In this document: positions 50,029 to 62,759 of the stretch, one piece after another | Numbering within the stretch: the first letter of the stretch is position 1 | Layout: each line of letters opens with the position of its first letter | Assembly: GCF_036321535.1 (NCBI RefSeq) | Contig: NC_087451.1 | Location: forward strand, 27,838,001 to 27,902,000 | Direction of reading: 5' to 3' | DNA: 64,000 nt | Source of the DNA: Camelus dromedarius | Taxonomy: Eukaryota | The notes under the pieces: model-generated | What the model saw: only the letters and a program-made list of their open reading frames with translations | What the model was told of the DNA's origin: nothing | Database searches by the model: none | Translations under genes and position numbers: made by a program

Positions 50029-51639
50029 CCGTTAATCTGGGCTGGGCGTCGTGAATGGTTGATCCCACCTGGGCTCTGTCTCGGAGTAACCCTAGTCTGG
50101 GCTCCATTTCTGAGCGGTGACATCCAGCCTGGGGTCCAGCTCTGAAGGGTGACCCTGGCCTGGTGACGTCTCCAATGGAAAAGCCAGCCTGGGCTGAGCT
50201 GGCCAGTTTTAGGGACACTCTCGCAGGGGCCTGAGGTGACATAATTCCCCTATTTCACGTAATCAGAGGCAAACTTCCCTCACCAAAACCTGCTTCCTCA
50301 CCCCCACAACCACAGCACACCTGCAACGCGTCCAGGAAGCAGAGGCGTTTCTCAGCGACCCCCCTCACCCCTTGCTCTGGCTGCCCTGCCCACCTTGGAG
50401 CCCTAAAAAGGATGCCAGCACCAAGCAAGAGGCGTGCTGCCCACCCCAGCTGCCACGTGACGGGGGCGAGTCCTGGGCACTGCATGGTAGCCAGCGCCTG
50501 GCCACCCCAGGCAGGGGCCAGGACCACCTGCCACCAGGAAATACACCCCTGAGAGGGCGACGGTCCTGATTCTAGGCACCGCTTCACAATTAAATCTTTG
50601 AATTAGAAAATAAACTCCACTGCATAGAACGCAAACTCGGGGAAGGGTAAGAGCCCACAGAGCTCCACACTCATCACGCAGGGCTGCCCCGGCCAGCACC
50701 GTGGCCTGGCCCTGACCCAGCTGTCTGCGCCCCTCTGCCAGCCGGAGGAGCCCGAGCTGTTGCGAGCGGGGAGGGAGCCCGGGGGCTGTTCTTCTCCAGC
50801 GGGGTTAAGCACAGCCCAACTCCATCCCTCGATGCTGGACTGCCTGAAAGCCTCACCTCTGCTCTCTTGCCGGCACCCACATCTGGGCAGGATGATGAGC
50901 CCAGGCGCGCCCTCCTCTGGCATCAGGGGGAGAAGCACACCTCAGCAGGCCTTGCCCTTGGCAGGGCCTCACGTGGCCCTCCAACCACAGGGAGTCCCAG
51001 GCCGGGTTCCCGTCCTCGCGGACGGGCCCGCCACCCTCCCCAGACCTCGGTGTGGCTGGCGTCAGTCTCCACACGGAACAGAAGCTGGTGTGGCTCCAGC
51101 TGCCTCCGCAGGGGCTGTGACGGCAGCGCCTGTGAGCAGGTGGAGGCGGGGCAGGTGCTGCCCCAGCCCCGTGCGTGCACGCTGCCTGCCTGGCCCGGCC
51201 CGGCCCTAGGCCAGCTGCTCTGCCAAGTCCAGCAGAGCCTCAGCTGCTGATTTAGTCAGCCTGCGTCAGCAGTGCCTACAGCTAACTGGCGTTTAAGGGA
51301 CAGGACTGTGGGACTAGCGCTCCCTAAAGCGGCCCTGGGTTGTCTCAGCCTGGACCTGTGTGTTCAGAACAAAGCTGTGAGCGACGCTAGGCTCAGGGGA
51401 ACGATGCTGGCTACATCCCGCCTCGGCACCGTCCCCACCTACAGGGGCTCAGGGGACAGACAACACCCGATGTGAGACATGGGCCTGACAGATGGCCACT
51501 CACGAAATAGGAATCTTTACGGAGAAAAAAACAGGAGCCCTCTCCCCAGCTTGAGGGCCAGGATGTGTTCCAGGGAACGGACACTCGACCACAGGCACCT
51601 GCCCGTCTCGCCCTACCCAGGGGCAGCAGCTCTGGCCCC

Positions 51640-54600
51640 TCACCACCGCAGGCGTGCCTCTGGCGTCTTCCTGGAAGCGGGCCAGGGCGACCCCGATGGC
51701 TGAGGCCCCTGCTGCTGCCGCTGCAGCCGCTTTAGCGCCCTGTAGGCCTGCACGGCCCGCTCTCGCTCCTGCACGACGATCCGCTGCCGGGCTGGCGAGG
51801 TGCTCTGGGGCTGGGACGCGGTGCCAGGGCTCAGGGACTTCTCCAGCATCAGCACTCTCCCGCCAGGCTGAGAAGCAGAGCCAGGGAGGTGGAGGCACAG
51901 CTGCAGGAGGGAGGGGAGACAGCAAAGACCCTGAGCCCAGGGACAATGCGGCCCAGGTCCTGTGCCCTGGGCCACGCAGCACTGGGGGGCAAACAGGCCA
52001 GCACCCCGCCCCTGCTTACCTGGCCCCTGCTCATGCTCATCCTGGGTTTGGCAGTCAGCTCTGGGGGCTGCAGCACGACCTCACCAAACTTCACCATATC
52101 TGGAGGGGCAGAGACAACCACTGCAGTCCTGGCACCCGGCGCCACTGTCTGCCCAGCCACCAACCCCGGGGAGACACAGGCACCTGCGCCCCACCCCGGC
52201 CCCCAGAACCAGGGCTGACTATTGCCTCGGGAAGAGCACCTTGGAGAAGCTCCTGCTCCAGCCTCTCTGCGGCCTTTTCCTCCCTCCTCTGCCGGGCCTT
52301 CTCCAGCCGCCGCTTCTGGAACCTGGGAAGAGAGCAGGGCTGTTCACACTCCTCTCATCTCACTGGACTCAGGAGGAGGCAGAGATCACCCCTGCCCACA
52401 AGGGACGCCCCACAGCAGAGCCCAGGTGGCTGCCTCCAAAGCCCATCCCACTACCACCCCACAACCCACAGAGAGGGCACTGAACCCAGCAGGACCCTCC
52501 AAGGTTCCAAGTCAGGAATCCTCAGTGGGGACAACTATGTCCCCAGGGCCCATCTGATAATGTCTGGAGACATTTTGGGGTGTCACAAAGCAGGGGGTTG
52601 GAGAGGGACTCCTGGCCCCCCACAGGTGGAGGCCAGGAATGCTGCCCAGTGCATAAGATGGCCCCTGCTCCAGTGTCACCTGTGTTGCTGCGTCTAAAGG
52701 GCCCCCGCACGTGGCACATGTGATATGGCCCCTTAATGTGACTGGAATCAACGTTCAATGACAGTTTTGGAGATCACTGTGGCTTTGGGTGGTACCCGGC
52801 ATGCGTCTGCTGTGCTGGAGTTTTCATTGGCTAATGTGACTACACGTATGATTCAGACACAGGGAGAATCCACAAAGCTGAAAACAATCCAATGTTCACA
52901 AGTTTTACAGAAATTTCTGGTGAAAGCTTGGTCTGGTTCATGTCAAAAGTTGCAGTGAGTGGGGGGCGGGTAACAACTCAGTGGCAGAGCACACGTGTAA
53001 CATGCAGGCAATCCTGGGCTCAATCCCGGGTACCTCCATCACAAAAAAAGAGGAAAAAATGTTGCAGAAAAGATAAAAATGCATCTCCAAAAGCACTTGT
53101 TTGCTGAGACCACCACCCCAGCCACCACCCGCAGGCTCAGGGAGGTGGAGACTGGGTTGAGGGCAGAGGTGGGCCGGGGAGCTGCAGCTCGCGGAGGGCT
53201 TCCTCCTGGTTCCGACCTCCCGTGAGCCCCCAGGTGCAGGTGCCAGTGTCTCCACTTCTCCCACCAGCCGAGTCTGAGAGGTCACAGAACGTGTGCACAT
53301 GACACAGCTATAGGCTTTCAACGCTCTTTAAGGTGAAACGTGAACCCTGGAAACCGACATCCCCCCGCGGCCAGCAGGCCCTCCCGGGAGGGCACCAAGC
53401 CCCACCTGCTACTGGTTCCCTGTACCCGGCCTGCGTGGACAGCAGCCCTCGGCCTCTCTCAGCTCGTAGACCCCTGATGCTTTCCAGAGAAAGGCACAGA
53501 CAAAACCAGGCCTTTGGAGTTCCGTGGGTTCAGAGCCTTGCTGGAGCTGAGGTTAAGCAGGTCCCGTGCAGAGAGAAACGCTGCTGACTGCCAGGTCTGT
53601 GCTTTCCCTGAATCACGTGGTGGAGAAGGGTGCCCACCCACAACAAGATGCTGTCACTGCAGGAGACAGTCGTGCACGCGGCTGGACCCCCAACCTCTCC
53701 AGCCCCACTCACGCCTTCTTCCGCTCTGACTTCTCCTTCCGGGGAGCCGCCCGCGCCTCGGGCTGCCGGCTGGCCTGGTTCTTGCTGAGGAACAGCACGT
53801 GCTGGGCCTCCTGCTCCATGCGCCGCACGTAGGCGCCGTCGGACTCCCACTTCCTCTGCGTGAACTTCGGGACGGCGATGTCCGGCTCCTCTCCCTTTGC
53901 TTCCTTCTCCAACGTCTTCCTAAAGGCCACCTGGGCTGAGGACACAGGGAGACTTCAGAAGGGCGGGTCGTAGGGGAGGAGGGAGCAGGTGGTGCCAGGC
54001 TGGCTGCCCAGGCTCACCTCCCCTCCCGGGGCGACAGGAAGGGCAGACTAGGCTCAAGAGGGAGCTAAAAAGCATCCGAGCCGCCAGCCCGGGGCCCCCG
54101 ACAGGCCATAGGTGTCCCCCGCAGCTCGGCTGGAAAAGGAAGCAAGAAACAACCTAAGTGTTCATCAATAGGTGGCTGAATGAGTGAATTCCCGTGTTCA
54201 CCCAGAGACGTCACCGCTCCGCTGCCAAGGAGCAGGGCAGAGCTGGGGAAGGGATGTGGAGGGATCTACAAAATCCACTGGAAGCGAAAACCCAGGACAC
54301 CAAACAACGCACAGAACTAAGGTGCAGCTTTTACACAGTGAATGTGTGAAAATACACACACTGTTTCCTCTGGGACGGCTCGCAAGAAGACAGACGGGGA
54401 GGGAGCAAGACTCGGAGACAGGGCCGGAGGCTACCCCTCACCTCATACCGCTCAGAACTGTTTAATTTTACCAAGTGTGTAAGCCTTTATCTTTTAAGTA
54501 ACTTAACCAGGAAAAGGGCTGATTCAGTAGAGTGCGATTCAGAATGTCCCCCTCCCACCTGGGCCAGCGACCTCCTCTATCCCTTCCCGTCCTCAACTCT

Positions 54601-55937
54601 TCATTTCACTATCCCTTTGGCAGCCATCTAACCCTCAACGGAAAGCCTAAGGTTTACAGAGACATTACAAAACCCCACTGTTGCAAAATCAGCCCTACAT
54701 TTGGGAAAACAAACACCTATACATGTACACAAAACGCAAACACGCTGGACTCCATTCCGCAGCAGCCAGGGTGTTACCCCTGGCAGAGGCCGACAGGTGG
54801 GCACCCTGCCTGGCCTTGGGGGAAGGGGGCACTTCTCAGGGCGTCTGCTCAATTCCCTCCATAACCTCTGGAAACCATCCACTTCTCTCCACCATCGTTT
54901 CTGCCCTCTGGTCCATGGGACCACCATTTCTCACTTGCAAGAGCCTCATCGACCTGCAGTGTCCAACCTCACTCCCTCACTTGTTACACAGCGATTTTTT
55001 TTTTTTTTTCTACTAAGTCTGAATCTACCATCCCCTCTGATGGCTCTCCAGCACTCCTGGGAAGGAGAGGGGAGGGGAGTCAACACTCCCACCTCTGCCC
55101 ATGAGGCCAGGGGCTCCTTTTGGAGCCTGACCTGAAACCACACTGCCACCTGCCGCCAGCCCTGACACCAGCCTTCCCTCAGTCCTCCGCAGGCTCCTCG
55201 GATTGCTGGGGCCTGGCCGACTTCCTCTGCCTGAAATGCCGTTGAACACTTGGGCAATTAAATGGATTCGAACACATAAGGCTTTATTACCCCCGGCACG
55301 GGCCTGAACATTACCCTCTTTCTTCCTCTTCTTGTTACTGATGGGGTTTTTCATCTCCTGGCGGATCCTCATAATCTCCCGGAGCCGGAAAGGGATTTCC
55401 TGTTCGTCCTGGTTCTTGGGTTTGCAATCCACTTTCTTCTTCTCTTCGCTGGGAAGGAGAACACGAGGGTGAGACACATCCCAAGTCAAGCAAAAGCAGA
55501 ACCAGAGAAGCTGAAGCTGGGCCTAGACAAAGAAACTTCACAGGCCACCCTGGCCGCTGTGGTGCGTGCGGGTCAAAGGAGCACGACCTCTGCTCTCGTC
55601 CTCACCAGCCCGGAGGCTGTCCCTGAACTGGTTCCTCGCAGGACCCTGGGCGAGGCGCTCCCGGACCTCGTCCAGGACGGCACTGACGGCACCTGGAAGG
55701 TGGCAAGCGCCACCCCGTAGACTCCCTCGCACCTCCGCTCACCCGGCTGCCGCCGGCCGCGGGAAAGGCCCCGGGGAGTCTTCAGTGCGCTGAGACCTGC
55801 ACCCACCTGCGCGGCCCCGGCCGCGGCGCCGAGCGTCGCTTCCCCAGCTGCTGCTGCAGCCGGCCCTGCCGTCGCCCCCGGGTCCCATGCCCCGCCGTCC
55901 CGGCGGGCGCCGCCGCTTCGCGCCGGGCTCGCGCCAT
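51640..55937 (-). CDS. CCDC137: Coiled-coil domain-containing protein 137, about 292 aa, 6 exons
   Basis: Exons 55807-55937 (an in-frame ATG also at 55943), 55315-55448, 53713-53935, 52240-52322, 52020-52099, 51640-51867. All GT-AG, total 879 nt. Contains KPKNQDEQEIPFRLREIM, VKFGEVVLQPPEL and ERERAVQAYRALK. Confidence 0.95.
52520..52778 (+). mobile_element. MER20 (hAT-Charlie) DNA transposon relic
   Basis: aatgtctggagacattttggggtgtcacaa...gtggaggccaggaatgctgc matches the recalled MER20 core. Confidence 0.75.
52961..53060 (+). mobile_element. Camelid tRNA-derived SINE (vic-1-like, diverged)
   Basis: actcagtggcagagcacacg...catgca...cctgggctcaatcccgggtacctcca followed by an A-rich tail. Confidence 0.82.
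54140..54500 (+). mobile_element. L1ME-like 3'UTR relic
   Basis: aaacaacctaagtgttcatcaatagg...gaatgagtgaatt motif. Confidence 0.55.
54850..55240. mobile_element. L2 relic
   Basis: aaccatccacttctctccacc...ccaccatttctcacttg and ccttgg...tgaaatgcc are L2-like motifs. Confidence 0.5.
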
Positions 55938-55943
55938 TTCCAT

Positions 55944-56149
55944 GCCCGACACCCCGCGGCGAAGCCACTTCCGCACTCCCGCACAGTCCCGCCCGGCCCC
56001 CGTCACTTCCGCTTCCTGCGCTCCGCCTCGCGCCCTTTGAGGGGGGCGGTGCAGATCCCGGAGGGTCAGGATTGGCCAAGGCGGCCACCGTTGACGGCTT
56101 GGGCGGGGCCGACTGGGGCGCGCACGCGCTATGGGCCGCGCCTCAGGCG
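55944..56149. promoter_or_regulatory. Bidirectional promoter CCDC137/OXLD1
   Basis: About 200 bp between the ATGs. ACTTCCG at 55967-55973 and 56005-56011 (ETS/GABP), ATTGG at 56071-56075, GC box at 56101. Confidence 0.85.
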
Positions 56150-57466
56150 ATGCTGCTACGGAGCTTGGCCCTGGGAGGCCGGGCGGCGGTCGCTGCTGCG
56201 CGGGGCCCGGCAAGTACCAGCAGGAGCAGGGCAGGGGCCGGGGTTGCGTTCGGGAGGCCGGGCCCCACAGGGACCGAGTAGTCCCGGCCGCCTGCAGGGA
56301 CCGCCCCCTGCCCTTTGTGTCCGCGCCTGGGGTGCAGGAGGGGCGCTCGGCCGCTGGGCAGAGCCAGGGTGGTACCGGCGGGTTCTGAGCTCGTTCTCTC
56401 GTGCGGCAGTACCTGTTGAGCGCCTGCTGTGCGCGAGCCCTTTGGGGGAGCCGCAGTGAACAAGGAGCTGACGCTCCTCACAGGAGGAGTTAGAGAAATA
56501 AGTGTGGGCTGTGTCAACTAGTGTTCAGTTCCCTGGAGACAGTGCCGGGAAGGGGGCCGGGGCTGGAGCGGTGAGAGGGCTGCCCACGGGACCTTCATGG
56601 GTAGACTGGGAAGGGCTGCCCACGGGGCCCTTGAGGATGACCTGGGGGCCTGGGCTCCTCGTGTTACAGAGGGAAACAGGGATGAAGGGGTGATGTGATT
56701 AGTCAGGACGGTTAGCGAGCAGGGGTGCGACCATAGTGGCTGGCCAGAGAGGCGGCTGTGAGAGCTGGATCTCCTAGGCTTCCACCACCACGCAACTGCA
56801 GGAGTGCACCCCCAGTGCCAGGCCCCGAACCCAGAGCTCCCCATGAATCCTACATCACCTTGTACCAACAGGCACTTCCATTTTACAGATGAGAACCTGA
56901 GTCTCGAGGTGAAGTAACTAGTCTAAGGTCGCACAGGAACCGAGGGAGCAGAAAAGGCCATGGAGCCCCCTGCCAGTGTCAGGAGGCTGAAACTTCCCCA
57001 GAGCTGGAGACAGGCCGGGCCTCCCCAGCTTCCTGGAGACTCATGTGCTTATCTGCATCCTTAGGGGCCACCCTCCAGCTGGGACTGGTGCCAAAGGCTG
57101 CTTAGGGGCGGCAGCATTCTTCACAGGATTGGAGTACATGAAGGCCCCAGAGAGTTCGGGAAGGACTGTACGGAGGTGGGCTCCCAAGCAGGTGCAGCAG
57201 ACACTGGGCAGCCGAAGTCCTCCCTGCCTGGCGGGGGCCCCTCTGAGCCCCGGTACCCACCGCCGCCTGAGCTCCAGCCCCCCACAAACTGCTGCATGAG
57301 CGGCTGCCCCAACTGTGTGTGGGTAGAGTACGCAGACGCGCTGCTGCAGCACTACCAGGACGGCGGGAAGCGGGCCCTGGCTGCCCTGGAGGAGCACGTG
57401 GCTGACGAGAACCTCAAGGCCTTCATCCGGATGGAAATCCAGCTCCGCGTGAGGAGTGGAGGCTGA
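56150..57466 (+). CDS. OXLD1: Oxidoreductase-like domain-containing protein 1, 153 aa, 2 exons
   Basis: Exons 56150-56209 and 57065-57466, joined by a GC-AG intron. [20 protein letters not shown]...[24 protein letters not shown]...[12 protein letters not shown]. Confidence 0.93.
56868..56950. mobile_element. MIR core fragment
   Basis: ccattttacagatgagaacctgag...gtgaagtaactagtctaaggtcgcacag. Confidence 0.75.
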
Positions 57467-58699
57467 GCCCTTACCCGGACAGCCTCCTCCCAGGGACGCA
57501 GCACGGCCTCCTTTTTCCGCGGCCCCTTTGTGAGGGAACGGGAAGAAGTGTTTGTGGACTTTCCGTGGGAGTAATTAAGTTCTCTGAGGTGGTTAGACAG
57601 GAGGCTTCCGTGTCGTCCTCTGTAGGGCTTGTGTCACCTCATTGGGGAAGGCAGGCACACTGTCATTGTCAGCCCACCGGGCACCTGTGAGGGTGAAGCT
57701 GGACCCATTTCCTTGACTATTCATGTGACAGTTACCCCAGGGGCCCCTTCCATGGCCCAGCATCCCAGCAGTCCTGCCCAAAGGCCAGCTCTGGTTACTC
57801 TCAGTGGTGCAGCAGAGGGAGGACCATCTGGCCCGGTGAAGTTGCCGTTGGCGAAACCCTTGGCAGACAGCCTGGGAAGCGCCCCATTCATCCAGCTGCA
57901 GGCAGTCCCTCCCCACCCACCGGCCCTTCCAACCCACTTAGCAGCTCCCAAGGCAGTTGGCCGGGGCCAAGGGACCGGGAGGCCTCAGGCGTTAGCCCTG
58001 GAACCAGCCTTCTAGCACCAGACTGGTCTGGTCCTTGACTGCTGACTGGGCCACTTAGACCATTGGTTGGAGTAGGACTTTTTCTTAGGGCCCTCACTGC
58101 CCAACCCCATCTCCTGCTCACCCTCAGCCATGGAAATTTTCCCACTTCATCTGCCTCCACCACCCCGGCACCCAACAATTCCAAGCTCTGATACTGGTGG
58201 CCTGGACAGGTAGGGGTTAAAGGAATTTATGCCTGTTTTATTTCCTCCCATTTAAGGGAAATGACTTCACAAGGGATTTGAGCTGATAAACAGGCCTTCC
58301 CAGGTAGAGACCTTCAATATACAGCCAGCGTTTCCCACGGAGGCAGATCTGTGGACAAGGGAACGAAACCACACGGCCACGAGATGTGCCACCGTGCTAA
58401 TGCCTGAGGACAGACACACCCAGCAGCACAGGCTGTCACCTTGGCTAGTTAGTGGGTATCACCCAGAAGGAGAGTTTTGATTGGTTCTGAAAAATGTGAT
58501 TCTGGTGACAAGTTGATTAGACCCGAATTCAGAGCGTCTGCTATCCTCCAACAGATTTGAAAATGACCCAGGAAGGGAAAGGTTTTCCCCACAGACAAAA
58601 GCACAGCCAAGCTTGGTGCACTTAGGGCCCCAGAAAGGATCTGCAACATAGAGGTGGTTTATCTCAGAGCTGGGCAGATTTCTGAAGTCCCAGGAGAAG

Positions 58700-58870
58700 G
58701 GAGCTAGGGGAAAGGGGAGAGGTGTACAAAATGTAGCATGTGGGAGCAGCAGGTGCAAAGGCCCTGGGGTGGAAGGGGCTTGCTGGAGCACAGCAAGAGG
58801 GAGGGATGAGAAGTGAGGCCAGAGAAGTGGATTGGACGAGGCCATGCAGGGCTTTGGGGGCCACAAAGGC
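58700..58870. mobile_element. L2 relic
   Basis: gcagcaggtgcaaaggccctgggg...gaagtgaggccagagaagt...catgcagggcttt. Confidence 0.6.
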
Positions 58871-59119
58871 AAGTCGCTCAGCAGTCAGGACTGAAAGGGG
58901 GGAGGTCCAGCACAGCGGCCAGTGCTGTTTTGTCTTCACTCAGAGATGAGAGCTCTTCCTTTCATCCGTCCATGATCCCGTGTCCCTTGCCTGCCCTGGC
59001 CGTGTCCCTGGCTCGTCCTTCCTTCAGGCCCTTGACCTCACTCGAGCCCCTCCCCCTGTCTCAGGGAGTCCTCTGTGGGGGTGCCCACCCCACAGTCTCA
59101 TTAGTGTGGTGTCAGGGCA

Positions 59120-59185
59120 CAGCCCTAATCAGCTTACCCAGCAGCAAGATAAATGCCCTGCCGGCAGCTTGCCGAGGGAAGCCTG
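59120..59185 (+). promoter_or_regulatory. PDE6G photoreceptor promoter
   Basis: TAATCAGCTTA (paired CRX/OTX-type site) at 59126-59136 and TATA-like GATAAAT at 59148-59154, about 30-35 nt before exon 1. Confidence 0.65.
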
Positions 59186-59224
59186 TCACACACCTGTGGC
59201 CCCCGAGACCTGCCTCAGTACCTG
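59185..59224 (+). other. PDE6G: PDE6G non-coding exon 1 (start approximate)
   Basis: cacac...ggcccccgagacctgcc...acctg|GTGAGT resembles the recalled human 5'UTR. The next acceptor is cgcag|60598. Confidence 0.6.
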
Positions 59225-60657
59225 GTGAGTAGTGCCTTTCCCAGGTTGTCCTGACGGCCACTTACCCAAGGGCCTCTGCCCAGTGGGTGGGAAGCTGGCG
59301 GGCTTTTTTCCGTCATTCTGAGGTCAGGCTCTGTGGGAGTCCAGCTACTGCCCTGTTCAGAGACGATGCCCAGCCTGTCACCTCCTCTGTTCCCCATGTT
59401 GAACAGTGCTGCTGCAGGCTGTCCCCCAGACCAGCAGTGGTCTTGGAGCCTCGGGCCACACACGCTCAAGCAACTTGAGTGGGCTGAGACCTGGGCCAGG
59501 GTAGGTCAGGCAGCGGTTTCCATGGGGATGGGTTTCCATGGGGACAGCATCTAATAGTTGGAGCTTCATCAGGGCCCAGAACTGTCCATACCAGGCCCAT
59601 AGCCTGGGGCTGGGGAAGGGGTCCAGCTGGGCCTGCACTGTCTGGGTTACAAGGAGTGGGTGTCATGGGTTTTGAGCCGCCAGAACCACCAGGCCTGCTG
59701 CCGTCCCCCTTGGACACCTGTGCAGATCCAGCTCCCCACCCCTGGTTCCTCCCCGGCTTCTGTTGGTCCTGGCACAGAGGCTGAACCTTAGTGGGGGAAG
59801 GACCGTGGGGGCCTCCTGGTTGGTCTCAGCCCTGATGCTCCAGCGGGCAGCTGGCTGTGGCCCAAGGCTGGAGTCAGGCATTGCAGCCCACAAACCACAG
59901 GCAAGAAAGGGGACCCAAGGGGTGGAGCCTGGGGCATCCAGTGCTGGGGCGGCAGCTCGTGTCCGTGTCACGTAAGTAGCCCTAGAACCTGCTGGGCTCC
60001 CAGTGGCCCCTGAGGGATTAGTCTCCCTCTGCTGCTAATAGGCTTAGAGGAGTCTGAGCTGTCCCTGCAAGGGTCACTGGGGCTTAGGGCATCCGGGCAG
60101 AGGCGCTAGGGGAGCGGGGCGGGGGTCACCCTGTGTGGCAGGTGCAAGGACAGTAGCAGGTGACTCTGGCACCCAGAGCTAGCTCTGAGCACAGTGAGCG
60201 GCAGGGGGTGGGAATCTACCAGCAGAGGGAAGACACTGCTCCTGCAGCCTCGGCTGTGAGCCTCATCCTGACACAGGCCCCTCCCCTGCCCAGGCTCCCC
60301 ACCCTCCTGTCTCTCAAGTCACTCTTACTGTTACCACTGGGTGAGACCTAGTGTCCCACCCCAGGGATGGGGTGGGGGGTGCAGAAGGGGAGACTGTGGG
60401 GAGGGGTGCACCTGAGGGCCACCCAGCATTCTCTCCTGTGCCTGGCTCCAAGTGGAGCCCCACGTGGAGAAGGCAGGGGCTCCCCAGGGCTGGGGTCTTA
60501 CGGGGGTTCAGGGGGGTCTCATGTTTCAGGGCTTCCTCTGCTCTGGTGGGTCGGAAGCAGGAGGGCTGACTGGGACCCCGGCCTGGTCTGCACGCAGCCC
60601 ACAGCGTGAGGGAGTCCAGAAGCCAAAGGTCACTGCGGCGTCTCTGCCAACCTGGCC

Positions 60658-61769
60658 ATGAACCTGGAGCCACCCAAGGCCGAGATCCGGTCGGCCACCA
60701 GGGTGATTGGGGGGCCCGTCACTCCCAGGAAAGGGCCTCCCAAATTTAAGCAGCGGCAAACCAGGCAGTTCAAGAGCAAGCCCCCCAAGAAAGGCGTCCA
60801 AGGGTAAGCAGGGCTGTGGGCGGGGCGCCTGGGGGTGCACCGCAGGGAGCGCGGCTGGCTGCGGGTAGGGACCGGGCTGGGCTCAGCCATCCTCTCCTGG
60901 CTGAAGGTGGTCTCCTCCTCCTGAGTGGGGGTCGGTTCCTAGGGGCCTGAGCCGGGCCTGTCTCCGGGCGGGGGTCGTGGGAGAGGAGGCCCTTTGCTGT
61001 TCCTGCCAACAGGTCTAGAAAGCACACCTACCCACTGCCACCCGGAGACTCAGCCGCGGCCCCGCTGACCGCCTTGCGTCCCGCACTCACAGGCACAGGC
61101 CCCCGTGGACACACCCAGGGCACACTCAGACACTCCACATTGTCGGGAGCCTGCACTCAAGTGCCTGCAAGGCCCCGCTCGGCTCCCTTCCCAGCCACTG
61201 TCCCTGACTGCTCTGTCCTTGCAGGTTTGGGGACGACATCCCGGGAATGGAAGGCCTGGGAACAGGTATGATGGCCACGGGGGTCCGCCTAGGTCCCCCC
61301 CCCCTCCACCCGCTGCCCTGCTCTCTCCAGCAGAGGCTCATATAGGGTCCTGCCCTCAGCCTCTCTTTCCTTTTCTTCCCCGTCAAGCTCAGACACCACA
61401 GAAGTGGGTGGTTCCTACGCAGCGGGTCCACCACGTGCTTGGGGGCTGGGAAGGAGCAAAGCTCTTGCTGTGCCCCCACCCCAGCAGCAGGAGCCCCCTT
61501 CCTTCCCCCGCGCCCGGCCTGCTGCACCCACTCTCTTCCTGGGCAGGGCACCCCCCAACACCCCCCCAGCTGGTGTGTCCTGGTGGAGGGGCTCTGCACT
61601 GGGACTTGTACTCTCACCGCTGGGTCGGCAGGCCCCGAGGGGATGGTAGACCAGGGGACACCCCGGGACCCACTGGCCCCCTCACCCTGCAGACATCACG
61701 GTCATCTGCCCGTGGGAAGCCTTCAATCACCTGGAGCTGCACGAGCTGGCCCAGTATGGGATCATCTAG
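60658..61769 (+). CDS. PDE6G: Rod cGMP phosphodiesterase 6 gamma subunit, 87 aa, 3 coding exons
   Basis: Exons 60658-60803, 61225-61265, 61693-61769. Total 264 nt. [87 protein letters not shown]. Confidence 0.99.
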
Positions 61770-62237
61770 CCCTGGATCCTAACCTGGGCCCCTACCCTCC
61801 GCCGCCGCCCGCTGTGACCGACCCCTGCTTCCTGCAAAGAGGCCTGCCCCCCAGTGTCCAGATGACCCTGTGTCTGGAGACCCTTGCAGGGCGGTGGCTT
61901 TAGGCCCCAGGAGCCCACCCCCTCCACACAGGACGCCCTCTCGGGGTGGCCAGGCCCTGCTTAGCTCCGCGGACCCTCTCCCCCCATGGAAAGGGAAAGT
62001 GAGGACAGGGCCTCCCAGGAGTGTCTCCCACACCCTGGCCCCTGTCCTGCCTGTCTGGGGGTGAGGACAAGCTGCCCCCACTGACCCTGTCGGCTGAGGC
62101 CCTTGGGCCAGCTTGGCGGGAGGTGGGTGGCAGGAGTCCTGTGGGCATCAATGGGAGAGCGAGGCCCCTCCAGACGCATCACACCAGCAGGAAGCTTGAC
62201 CTTTCCAGCTCAGCCCGTGCTTGCTGTCCTTGTTTCA

Positions 62238-62243
62238 AATAAA
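62238..62243 (+). terminator. Poly(A) signal AATAAA of PDE6G
   Basis: About 470 nt past the stop. Confidence 0.8.
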
Positions 62244-62759
62244 ATTAGTGTCCTACTTCCCCACGGACTCGTCTGGGGCCTGTTGTCTGGCGGGGCAGGG
62301 CCCGAGGGTGGGGTCTCTTCAGCAGGAGTGGCCAGGTGAAGGCGCGGATTGGCAGGGGCTGCGGGGCCTGGCCGGCTGAGAGGGGAGGAAACCATGGGGC
62401 GCTGAGCCTGGGCCGGTGACGGCTGGACCCAGGCAAGGCGGGCAGCACTGCACACACACCTGTGTGAAACTGTCCCCAGCAGCAGTCATCTTCTGGGAGC
62501 TTCCCAAGAGCACGTCCACCTGGACGTAGGGGTCTGTTCACACAGCAGTGACCAGAGTGATTCTTGGGACGGGGCCTCTGGGATCTTGTTTATGTGAAGG
62601 CCAGAAAAAGCCGTAGTAGCCAAAGGCAATGAAGGCCGAGCAGCAGTGGCCGAGGGAGGGGTCAAAGGACCTGCTGGGGCCGGATCTAGACCTGGTGGCG
62701 GGTCCGCAGGCGTGCAGATAGGTGAGAACGCCTCGTGCTGCTGCTCCGGGTTGGTGCAA

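Noticed and set aside
51654-52697. 347-aa plus-strand ORF
   Set aside because: Antisense to CCDC137 exons 4-6 and runs into MER20. No coherent product.
56576-56626. Direct repeat agggctgcccacggg x2, period 36 bp, in the OXLD1 intron
   Set aside because: A simple two-copy local duplication with no further structure.
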